NCBI RefSeq assembly: GCF_964188315.1
Contig: NC_135667.1
Coordinates: forward strand, 21,204,001 to 21,268,000
DNA length: 64,000 nt
Reading direction: 5' to 3'
From: Podarcis muralis
Taxonomy: Eukaryota
The position numbers and the translations under genes are program-made. Under the pieces are notes generated by a model. The model searched no databases, was not told the origin of the DNA, and was given only the letters and a program-made list of their open reading frames with translations. This document shows, piece by piece, positions 46,663 through 57,766 of this stretch (position 1 is its first letter; each line of letters opens with the position of its first letter).

Positions 46663-46747
46663 GCCGGGTGCCGATGTCTGTGGAACGGGACGGGATCTCG
46701 GCCCAAACGGGCTGCACACGGCTCTGGTTCGCTCAGCTCAGCGCCAT
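46663..46747 (-). pseudogene. Globin-derived exon-1 fragment G6
   Basis: ATGGCGCTGAGC..GTGCAGCCCGTTTGGGCCGAGATCCCGTCCCG..GACATCGGCACC; no splice donor or later exons; a Penelope fragment abuts the ATG. Confidence 0.75.
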
Positions 46748-47104
46748 CCAATGTCTTTGTTCAGACCAAACTTAAAACCATGGAGAGACCTGGTCTGAAC
46801 AAAGACATTGGATTCTTATCCCATTATACACGACAAAGCCATTTTTCACCTTCTCACCCCTTGCTTTTTCCTGTAAGACCTATTGCAGTCGTTAAGAGTC
46901 GTCAACAGGCTCATCACAGCTATCTGCCAATCACCCATTCCCACCACCCTTCTGAGTAATACCCCTCCCCACCTTCTCACTATATAGAAGGATCTGGCAA
47001 CTTCTGTTTCAGTGTATCTGAAGAAGTGTGCATGCACACAAAAGCTCATACCAAGAACTAACTTAGTTGGTCTTTAAGGTGCTACTGGAAGGAATTTTTT
47101 TTGT
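46748..47104 (+). mobile_element. Penelope-like element 3' fragment with an inverted 5' segment
   Basis: PGLNKDIGFLSHY (C-terminus typical of PLE GIY-YIG ORFs); 21-bp inversion ccaatgtctttgttcagacca / tggtctgaacaaagacattgg. Confidence 0.7.
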
Positions 47105-48556
47105 TATAAAATTTAACTTGAACATTAACATCCTTAGATCTTTTCATTTTGAAATTAAACATATTAATTCATCACTTAACTTATATAAAATCTTAAGCCA
47201 ATTAACTATCTGGAAGCTGTTTCCAATTAATTTAACTTAACATATTTAACTAAATAATCATTAAATTTAGTCCATTCTTCCTGATACTCCTCCTCCTTCT
47301 GGTCGTGGACTCTTCCGGTTAGGTCGGCTAGCTCAGAAAAATCCATCTTCTTCATCTGCCATTCTTCCACCGTTGCTAATTCTTGCGTTTTCCACTTTTT
47401 AGCTAGTAAAATTCGAGAAACAGTTGTGCATACAAAAATAATTTAACATCTTTCTTGGGAAATTCCAAACCTGTTCTTCCCAGAAGAAAGGCCTCTGGTT
47501 TCTTTATAAATGTATATTTCAACATCCCCCCCCCCCAATTCATTAGAAATCTTTCCCCAGAAGTCTTTCACCTTGGGGCAGGTCCACCACATATGATAAA
47601 AGGTTCCTTCCTTTTCTTTACATTTCCAACATAGATTGTCACAGTTATGATATATCTTTGCTAATTTTACAGGAGTCAAATACCATCTGTACATCATTTT
47701 CATTAGATTTTCCTTTAATACGGTACATGCAGTGAACTTGACCCCTTTCTTCCACAATCTTTCCCAATCCTCAAACATTATATTATGTTCTACATATCTT
47801 GCCCAATCTATCATCACAGATTTAACTTGTTCATCTTTTGTATGCCACTCCAAAAATAACTTATACATTTTAGATAAATTTTTACCTTTAGTATCCAACA
47901 CCTCCGTCTCGAACTTAGATTTTTCAGAAGCAAAACCGTTTTTTTTATCCAATTTGTACGATTCATTAATCTGGTGATAATGTAACCGGTTTAACTTATT
48001 TTTAACTTGATCAAATGGTTTTAATTTGTAACCTTCTTCATCTTCCAATAATAAATCAGAGTATCTCAACCATTTGGTATCCATATTTAGTTTTTTCTGG
48101 GCCTTTGCTTCCATTGGTGAAAGCCATCTGGGCGTCTTTCTTTCTAAAAGATCTTTCTATTTTATCCAAACACTATACAACGATTTCCTAACTACATGGT
48201 TTTTAAATGCTTTATGGGCCTTTACCTTATCATACCATAAATATGCATGCCAACAGAACACATGGTCAAATCCCTCCAAATCTAACAGGTCTGTATCTTC
48301 TAATTGCATCCATTCTTTAATCCAACAAAGTGCAGCAGCTTCAAAATAAATTTTTAAGTCTGGCAGGGAGAATCCCCCTCTTTCTTTAGAATCTGTAAGT
48401 AGTTTATATTTAATTCTGGGTTTCTTCCCCTGCCAGATAAATCTAGATAATGCTTTTTGCCATTCTTTAAAACATTTCACATTATCTATACTTGGGAGGG
48501 CTTGAAACAAAAAAAGTGTCTCTGGCAGCACATTCATCTTAATCCAAGCAATAACT
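47105..48556 (-). mobile_element. Degenerate L1-clade LINE 3' fragment
   Basis: IKMNVLP..KERGGFSLPDL..AYLWYDKVKAHKAFKNH and CWKC..HMWWTC, homologous to 30245-32583, with frameshifts. Confidence 0.88.
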
Positions 48557-49257
48557 TGCAACATCAAAGGAAAGAATAACACTTGCCCAATCTATAGCCT
48601 AGTGTAACTGGTAAGGTTAAATATGTGGGAGACCCAGACAGGATTATTAGGAATATATTTATAGGGTACTGAACGGGAGCCAGTTCCAAACTGGACCATT
48701 TCCCCTGGAATCCTAATTGAATCACTCACACATAAGCATATCAACAACATAAATATTCTTCCTTATTTCAGGATTGGTAGGAAATGGTCCAGTTTGGAAC
48801 TGGGCCCCAGTTCAGGGGCCTTGACTTTAACAGGAGCCCATATATTTAACTTCACCAATTAGCCTGGGCTGAACTACAGATTGGGTAAGTGTTACGTTCT
48901 TTCTTTTGACATTGCAAGTTGTTTTGAGTCTGTTCCAATGTTTATTCCCATAAACTTATTATGTCTTGCATGAGCACTTCAGTCGTGCATATTTTTCAGT
49001 AGGCTAAACTAGATTCTCAGCCCCACCCGCAATATGTTACATTTGGGGAGTTTGGCAATCTGGGTATGAATTGGATGCCCTTCATTGTTCAATATTTGGT
49101 GCTGGGTCCAGCAAGCGGTGGGACCAGATTCTTTGGGTGGATCTCTAGGAAAAGAAACAGTAGCCCAGCACCAACAGGAAGCTTCTAAAGAGAAATTGCT
49201 CAGTTTTCCATGTGACAGCTCTTAGGATATTTGAAGATGCCTATAATTTATAAGCTA

Positions 49258-49610
49258 GGTAAAGGTAAAGGGACCCCTGACCATTAGGTCCAGTTGTGAC
49301 CAACTCTGGCGTTGCGGCGCTCATCTTGCTTTACTGGCCGAGGGAGCCGGCATACAGCTTCCGGGTCATGTGGCCAGCATGACTAAGCCGCTTCTGGTGA
49401 ACCAGAGCAGCACACAGAAACGCCGTTTACCTTCCCACCAGAGTGGTACCTATTTATCTACTTGCACTTTGACGTGCTTTCGAACTGCTAGGTTGGCAGG
49501 AGCAGGGACTGAACAACAGGAGCTCACCCCGTCGCAGGGATTCGAACCGCCGACCTTCTGATTGGCAAGTCCTAGGCTCTGTGGTTTAACCCACAGCACC
49601 ACCCGGTCCC
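49258..49610 (-). mobile_element. Sauria SINE
   Basis: tRNA-like head (ggttcgaatccc), gtcatgtggccagcatgac core, acctttacct tail; flanking duplication taatttataagcta. Confidence 0.9.
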
Positions 49611-50212
49611 TTTAATTTATAAGCTAAACTTCCCCAAATCCCTCAACCGTTCCTCATCAGGCTTGGTTTGCACGGGACACTTGTTCCGTTGAATTGCACT
49701 TGCCATGTTACTGCCCATTCACTCATTTCGGAGGGGTCCTTTTGGAGACCCTTTCTTCCTTTCACCCCCCCCCCAATGTACTATCATCCTCAACTTTGGC
49801 CACTTCACTGGTCTTTTCTAGCGCTGGACTGTTGAGGAACAAATTAAAAAGAAAGAAACCTGCTCTTTTCCCTTCCCGATCCTTGGAGAACTCCGCTTTC
49901 CCCTTCTGTCCATGGGGAGAACTTCCTGCTTCCTGCTGCTTCACCAGCTCCTGATGCCCTCGTGGAACACTCCTCTTCTGAATGGCGGGAGGCATCAGGA
50001 ATGGCAGGGAAGCTACTCCCTTGCCAGGGCTCGTACGCCCCGTCCGGAATCCCAGCCAAGGCCGTGGGAGGCTGGGACGCGGGAGAGGCAGCAGTGCCGA
50101 CGGAAGGAAGAGCCCGAGAGAGACGCCACTCGCGGGGGCGGGGAGGCTGGGGTGGACGGCGATAAAAGGTCTGCCCTCGCTCCGACGGCACCGAAGAGGT
50201 TGAGCTGGCAGG

Positions 50213-50737
50213 ATGGCGCTGAGCGGAGTCAACCAGAGCCACGTGCAGCCCGTTTGGGTCGAGATCCCGTCCCGTTCCGCAGACATCGGCGCCCAGGTTA
50301 TGCCCATGTAAGCCCGCCCCGTCGGGCAGGGACCCTCTCCCGGTGGCGAGGCCATGGCCCGGCCCTTCTCCTCTTTACTCTCGTTTCCCGCAAGCTGACC
50401 TTCTTTTCCCCCTCCTCCCGTAGAGGTCACCTCTTGAGCGAGACTATCTCCAGGTTAATCTGCAACATCGACCTGAACACATTCATCCGCGCCCAGAGCC
50501 TCCCCAGCAACCTGAGCGCCCTGCCCGCCCAGAACCTGCTCGCGGACCCCGTCAACTCCAGGGTGAGTCTCTCTCCCTCCCCGTCACGTGGTTCCCTCCT
50601 TCGCGCAGCTCCGTGCTCTTTAACGCTCCCCGCCTTCGCCCCTCTAGCAGCTGCCGAACCAAGACACCCAGGAGGAAATGGACATCTTCACCAAGGCTGC
50701 GCTCCTCGTCAACGTGCTGCTCTCCATATACCTCTAG
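50213..50737 (+). CDS. Alpha-globin-derived gene G7 (exons 50213-50307, 50424-50562, 50651-50737), 106 aa: MALSGVNQSHVQPVWVEIPSRSADIGAQVMPI/GHLLSETISRLICNIDLNTFIRAQSLPSNLSALPAQNLLADPVNSR/LPNQDTQEEMDIFTKAALLVNVLLSIYL
   Basis: GATAAAAG at 50161; canonical splice sites; ends TCC ATA TAC CTC TAG at the ancestral stop; AATAAA 50817-50822. Confidence 0.8.
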
Positions 50738-53170
50738 GACAAAGAAGCAGCCGGCGCCCTCCGCAGAAGTGCCGCCTGGACGTGGCAGCCTCGACCATGT
50801 CCCACCCCCGACCCCCAATAAACCTGCTTTTAGCTTTCACTGCTCTCCCGGAGTCTATTTAGGCTGAACGGGGGGGGGGGGATAATGGAGTTGGGAAGGA
50901 CACTCAGAGTCATCTAGTCCAATCCCCGGAATCAAATCGTCCCTGGCAGACGGCCATCCATCCTCTGCTTAAAACCTTCCAAGGAAGGAGAGTCCACCAC
51001 CTCCCGGGAGTGTCCCTTCCAAGGTAGGCAGCTATAGCAGGGGAGCTTGCAGGCCTGGAGGGGCCCAAGATGACAGGGAACACCATTTTGCCTCTCGAGA
51101 AGGGCTTCCTTTCATTAATAACATCTCAATTAATAACATATCAAATCTTGCTATGTCATATCCAAAATAATAAAAACAATCCAATTAAACATCTGAACAC
51201 CCCCCCCCCAACCTGCTTTTAGGTCTCACTGATCTCCCGGAGTCTCCTTACACGGGCAAATCACAGAACTGTAGAGTTGGGAGGGAAACTCAGAGTCATC
51301 TAGTCCAACCCCCTGCAATGCAGGAATCTGAACCAAATCGTCGCTGACAGGTGGCCATCCAACCTCTGCTTAAAACCTTCCGGGAGTGTCCCTTCCAAGG
51401 CAGAATAGCTCTATAGCAGGGGACCTGCAGTTTGGAGTAGCATTCTCTGACTATGTCCAGAGTACATTATTGACACTTTTGAGGAATTCCAGTGGACCTC
51501 CGTCCTGGATCAGGATAAAAGAGTCCACATCACAGGGTTAGCCTTAAGCTCCAGGTAGCCTTAAGCTCCAATATCTGCTGTTGAATAAATTAACCATCAG
51601 GCTGGCATGCAATGTTTGCCTCATGCCTCCAGAGTTTTGCATGGACAAATTACATATTTTTTCTTATGCAACTATCCCTCCACCTCCTCTTGTGTCCCTT
51701 TTTTCAACATGATTATAGGTTTAGTTTGTTGTTTCCTCAGTTCTGGAAACTTCTGTTAACAATCCTGCTGTTAGTTAACCTTGCTGTTAGTTAATTTGCT
51801 GCAAATTGCCAGAGCTACTCCAGTATTCATGGCTGCTGCTACTTTTACGACTCCTGTCTGACCAACAAGCATCTTGGGACGGAGGCAATAAGCAGATTGT
51901 GCTATAAATGACAGGTTGTAATACTGGAACTGAGGGCCTACGAATGAAGTGGATGGACAGAAGTTTCAGAACAGGGATGGGGCCTGAATGTCCTAAAAGG
52001 GACATTCCAGAATCAAATAGGAAACCAGGATGGCTTCTGTAAATCTGGGGTTGTCCCTAGAGAATTGGAGGATCTGGTGTCTTAGAAACATATTTATGAT
52101 AATCCAGCCTGGTTCTCCCATTATTTAATCTCACCTATTAGACTGGTCTGAATTACAGATTGGCTAAGGGTTCCTTTTTCTTTTCATGTTCCAAGTTGTT
52201 GTTCAAAGTCTGTTCCTCTGTTTATTTCGACAAACCTATTATGTTGTGTGTATTTTTATGTAGGCTGAACTAAATGTCCAGCCTCAGGCTCAATATGTTA
52301 CCTTTGGGGTGTTTGGCAAGATGGGTATTAATCGGATGACTTTGAGCAAGTGGAGGGAATGGGTGAAAACGAAGAGTCACTGTGTGTTGAGGGCGCTAAC
52401 TTGGAGGCAGGAGGAAGCCCTCCAGACATTCCTGTGAAGAACTCCAGGGGCTTTACCAGGGCCTTGGCTGTGGACTTCAACCAATGTTTTCTTTCCTGTG
52501 TTCACCAAAGCAGGTGGGTATTATAGGTGTGGCACAGTGGGTGCACACCGCTAGAAGGCAGAAACGTGAGTGGCATCAGAATCCCTGGGTTAACTAAACC
52601 AGAAGTTAAGGAGAAGAGGGGCGAGTGTGGCCTTGCAGGCAGGAAGGCACATTAAGAAGAAACCCCACAGTCATCTAGTCCAGGCCTCTGCAATGCAGGA
52701 ATCTCAGCTAAAGCATCCCTGACAAGTGGCCAGTCAACCTTTGCTTAAAACCCTCCCAGAGAGGAGAGTCCACCACCTCCCGAGAAAGTCTGTTTCAGAA
52801 CAGATGTATAGCAGGGCCTGGAGGGAGCCAATTATTAGGAGAGCACCGTTTTGCCCTTGGAGAAGGGCTCCGTGTTTGCTGGCAATACCAACACCCCAGG
52901 CTGGAGGTTCTTCAGGAGAGGAGACAAGAATTCCCACTGGTTTCAATGCTCAGTGGATTTGCTCCCAAGACCAAGCTGTTCAGCATTGAAAGCACACAGC
53001 ACCAACTTGGCCACACCCGCTCTATGCATTTAAAACACTATGGGCAGCCATGACTTCCCCAAAATAATCCTGGGAACTGTAGTTGGGCGTTGAGAGTTGT
53101 TAGGAGACCCCTATTTCCCTCCCAGAGCTACCATACTAAGAGTGGTTTAACAACCAATCCTTCTTCCCAA

Positions 53171-55531
53171 TACAGTGGTACCTCGGGTTAAGAACGTAAT
53201 TCGTTCTGGAGGTCCATTCTTAACCTGAAACTGTTCTTAACCTGAAGCACCACTTTAGCTAATGGGGCCTCCTGCTGCTGCCGCACAATTTCTGTTCTCA
53301 TCCTGAGGTAAAGTTCTTTTTTTTTTTTTAAATGATATTTATTAAGAATTTAAAATTACAGAAAAAAAGGAAAAAGAAAAAAAGAGAAAATAGAGAAAAT
53401 AGATTAAACAGTACAAGTCAAAAAAAGAAAAAGAAAAAAGAGTACAAAACACACAATGCATCAAAATCAAAAACAATTAAAAACAAATCCAATATTCCCA
53501 TATCCTTATCTTCATAAACTTGTTTCATCGACCTCCTCACACCTCCCTTTTTTGTATTCTAATTATTAATTATCTCAGCATATCCTTTCCATCTTTCACT
53601 ATATTCTGTCCTTTGGTTGTCTTAATTTATTTTAACCTTATCTTACCATAAAAAACCCTAAAACTTAAAAACTTATTTGTACACAACTCCTTATAACATT
53701 TCTACTAAAGCCAAATAGTTTCATTCCAACATTTTTCTAACACTCATTAATTTTACAATATTTCTCTAAATGAATTTTTAAACTATCTTCCAATTTTCAT
53801 CCACCGTCTCTTCTTCCTGGTCTCGGGTTCTGTCAGTCCTTTCTATCTATTCCATCTAGTCCATCAACCTGGTGATCTTCTGTCCGAGGCTCTTAACTCT
53901 TTTCCATGTCCCTTCTGCAGATCTTCTTCATATTTGTACCTGCACTTTACTTTGTCTTCTGCTGATCTTGTTCTTAATTTCCTTCCTTTGTCACTGAGGA
54001 GTAGATCTCGGGGAAACTCCAACCTAACAATGTCTTTATCCCTTCTCGACAGGTCAGCCCATTCTCCATGGTCAGCACTGAAATCCAAAAGATATTCCAA
54101 AGCATACTTCAATGTCCCTCCAAAGTTAAAGGCCCCCACAACTCCAGTCTCCCCCTGGTCCAAAACCAGATCTCAAAAGCCAAAACATCCCTGCATAGGG
54201 GGATCTGTCCAACTTCCCATCTCCAATCCAGACGGGACTCCATCTCTCCAAATCTGACTCACTCCAGATTCGGTCATCAGAGACAACAGCTTATGTTCCT
54301 GCAGGGCCGCAGCTCTCTCCACTTGTATTACTTGAGGTTCAACAACAACCACCTCCTTTGTCTTCACCACAGCTTGCCCTGTCAAAGCAGATTCCTGAGT
54401 CAGTTCCTGAGCAGGTTCTATATAGGTGTTCACTGTTTGTCCAAAATTATCAATTGCAGTAGTCATCAAATCCATCTTCTCATGAAGCTGTTTCAATAAG
54501 GCACTTGTTTTGCAAAAAGCAATCACTAAGGCTTCTTCTGCCCACATTCTTGTTCAAGGTCATGTCTAGTTCTAACGATCTTTAATCTCTACAGCTGTAG
54601 AGTTCCCCAGGTCCACTCCAACAACAGTTTCAAAAGCTCCCTCTAGAGGAAACAATTTCTATTTGTATCCATCCTTTTAAAAGCAGATCCAGCAACAAAA
54701 TTACTTTCGTTTTTCAAATATTTTTTCCCTCTTTAGTGCAAAAAGAAACATTGGAATCAATATGTTTCTGTTATTTAACTATCTGTCAACGTACGTTTTA
54801 TTCACAGTCAATGAACTTTCCCAAAACGTCTGTCTTCTTGACAGCCCGTTCCCAGGTTCAAGACGGTAGAAATTTATCTTTCTTTACTCTCTCTCCTGCA
54901 GGCTTGAACAGTCTAAGATTTCCCCCCTCTTCTCCTGCTTCCAAGGGGGGTTTAGTAGTTTAAACCAATGGAAATTTAATCCTTTATGAAAAACTTTGCA
55001 GACTTTAGCTCGCAATGTCTTTGCTTCAATCTATTTACAAAAGCGGAAGGCGGACTTCCTGTTTAGAACCTTCCCGCTTCGGTGCCAAATTACGGTGTTT
55101 AGTATTCCAATTTTCCGTTCTACTCACAGGTAGTTGTTTAAAGTCTAATTGTCCGCAGGAAAAAGTCAGTGCTCTCCGGCAACAGCAATGCGGCTTCACT
55201 CCGTGAAAAGAGCAGTCGATTCGAAGCACCGCGCCGCTCACCCCACGTCGCTCCGGATCCCCAAAACCGGGTTTCCCCGCGAGTAGGGTGCCAGCCGAAT
55301 CCCATGTCCACAGGCTTCTCCCGCCTGTGGTTTTTAGTGGGTCTCCGCCTCGCCGTGGCGGTCCAGACCCTAATTTCCACGAAGCAGATTCCTCCCGATC
55401 AGAGGAAATCTGCCATTGCCGGAGGCGCTAACCCGGAAGTCCTCCTGAGGTAAAGTTCTTAACCCGATGTACTATTTCTGGGTTAGTGGAGTCTGTAACC
55501 TGAAGCGTCTGTAACCCAAGGCACCTCTGTA
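53171..55531. mobile_element. Tc1/mariner-type MITE split by the 53.3-55.4 kb insertion (arms 53171-53318 and 55444-55531)
   Basis: TA-CAGTGGTACCTCGGGTTAAG at the left; AACCCAAGGCACCTCTG-TA at the right. Confidence 0.75.
53319..55443 (-). mobile_element. Non-autonomous L1-related element (5' UTR, decayed ORF, L1 ORF2 tip and 3' UTR, poly-A)
   Basis: TSD TCCTGAGGTAAAGTTCTT on both sides; T-run at 53317-53330; 3' part homologous to the end of 30245-32583; no endonuclease or RT in between. Confidence 0.7.
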
Positions 55532-56549
55532 ATAATTCCCAATTCTGTGGAAATTGTAGCCTAGTGAAGGGTCCCCTAGCACCTCTCACACCCTTATCAA
55601 ACTACAGGATTATTTGGGGGAAAGCCATGACTGTTCAAGTGGTATGAGTGCTCTAGATATATAGCCAGGATGTGGCCTTTGTTTAGCTATGCACAGAACT
55701 CAGGATAGTTATCTCTTCTTTATCTGCTACACCAAGCAGTGGAAAGAAAGGCATGAGGATTGGGAGTGGTAAAGACTCTGAGATGATGCTTACCCTGACT
55801 TGCTACTTCTGCTTGGGTGCCATGATCTGGCACATGATCACAGCTCTCCAAAACAGGATGTCCCAGGCAGCTGATGGGTAGGTTCCACGGACGCCCTGGG
55901 TGGGTCACACAGAACCCCTGAGGTCCACGGACCACTGACTGGGAACCACTGGTTTAGAGAAAAGGCAAGGAAAGGATGCCATGATTGGAATCTATAACAT
56001 GATGCCAGGTGTGGGACAAGTTTTTCTCCCTCTCTCGTCACACTATTACTTGTGTAATTCTAGTAGGTGGAATTGCTTGCAGAAATGTGCACCTTAAGCA
56101 AACAGTTGAACAAAAACACACATCTAAGGAGAAATGCACATTGGAAAAGCTGGCATATTTTGTGAGGGCTTTAAAACAAAATCACCAGCTGATGTACGAG
56201 TGTGGCGAACTGAACTCAGGATTGTAAAAAGGGGAAACTGAGAAATATCGGAATTGTCCCATCTTTCCACATACAGCCATTCTTTACCTTCCGGAACAAA
56301 CTCCATCCTCTCTTGTGACCATCAGCTCTTGGGGTCATAGTTTCAGAGTTCTTGCCTACAGTGGCTGCTGCTGTCAGTGCTTGGCAGCCTTGGAAGGTTT
56401 TAAGCCGAGGATGGATGGCCACCTGCCAGGGACGACTTGGTTCAGATTCCTGCATTGCAGGGGGTTGGACTAGATGACTCTGAGTGTCCCTCCCAACTCT
56501 ACAATTCTGTGATTTGAGTTCCACTTTTAAATATAGAGGTCTGGATGGA

Positions 56550-57130
56550 AGAAAAATGAATATTTTCAAGAAAGAGCTTCTCCGAGATTTGGTGTTGGTT
56601 ATAAAGGACTACCAAAAAACCCGGCAAAAAGGAACTGAGAGAGAATTAAGGGCCTCGGATGTGAGGGCTCCAGGCTGATAGTAGATAGACTGATGGATAT
56701 TGGGGATCGAAACCGGGAAAGGGGGGCTGGAGTTTGGGAATCCAAAGGGCGTACAATTATATTTTGAACTTTTCTTCTTTTTTATTTTGTTTTGTTATGA
56801 GTATGAAAAAGGGGAATTCGTGGAAGGGAAATGGGGTCAACCTTAGAAAAAGATTTTAAATGTTTAAAGACTGTGGACTATAAAGGGAAAGTGGTTACAT
56901 AAAAAGAATTAAATTGAATAATGGGCTAAATATAATAAGATTAAAAACTGGGGACAAGAACTTGTTGAATTAAATAAATGGAAATGGAATACAAGAAGGG
57001 GAGGTGTGGGGAAGTCTTGGAAAGATGTTATTGAAAGTAAGGTTCAAATGTAAATGTTTTCTTTTTTTCTTTTTTCTTTTTTTTGGATTTTCTGAAAATT
57101 TTTAATAAATATGATATTAAAAAAAAAATA
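56550..57130 (+). mobile_element. 3' fragment of a relative of the 53.3-55.4 kb element
   Basis: ORF end RELRASDVRAPG* matches KELRASDRRSPG*; followed by an L1-like 3' UTR, AATAAA and an A tail. Confidence 0.55.
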
Positions 57131-57337
57131 CAATTCTGTGATTTCTCCGCACCCCAGTCCAGCCTAAGGAGATTCGGGGAGAGCAGTGAGAGCTAAAAGC
57201 AGGTTTATTGGGGGCGGGGGGGGGGAGGTCGAGTCTGCCACGTCCAGGCGGCACTTCTGCGGAGGGTGCGGCTGCTTCTCTGGCCTAAGGTCAGCATGAC
57301 GGGGCTGCGGCGGCTGTCGATGGAGACGCTGGCGCTG

Positions 57338-57766
57338 TTATCTAGGAGCCCGGACGTTGACGTCCATTATCACCTGGATGTCTGGCCTCGGCAGCTGCGG
57401 GAGGGGCGAAGGCGGGGAGCGTTAGACGGAGAGGACGGAGCGGCGCGAAGGGGTGAAGGAGGGACCCATGTCCGGAGCCCCCGCCCGACGGGGAGGGAGA
57501 GAGACTCACCCTGGAGTAGAAGGGGTCCGCAAGCGGGTTCCCGCTGTCGATGGCGCGGACGACGCTGGAGGCGATGGCCGCTGCGTACAGCCTGCAGGAG
57601 ACGAGAGTAAAGAGGAGAAGGGTCGGGCTATGGCCTCGCCATCGGGAAAGGGTCTCTGCCGGACGGGGCGGGCTTACCTGACCCCTGTTCTGATGTTTTC
57701 AGAAAGGGACGGGATCTCGGCCCAAACGGGCTGCACGTGGCTCTGGCTGGCTCCGCTCAGCGCCAT
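57338..57766 (-). CDS. Divergent alpha-globin-derived gene G8 (exons 57766-57678, 57591-57510, 57394-57338), 75 aa: MALSGASQSHVQPVWAEIPSLSENIRTGVR/LYAAAIASSVVRAIDSGNPLADPFYSR/LPRPDIQVIMDVNVRAPR
   Basis: CATAAAAA box, canonical splice sites, AATAAA at 57209-57204. Shorter with an early stop, so it may be a pseudogene. Confidence 0.6.
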
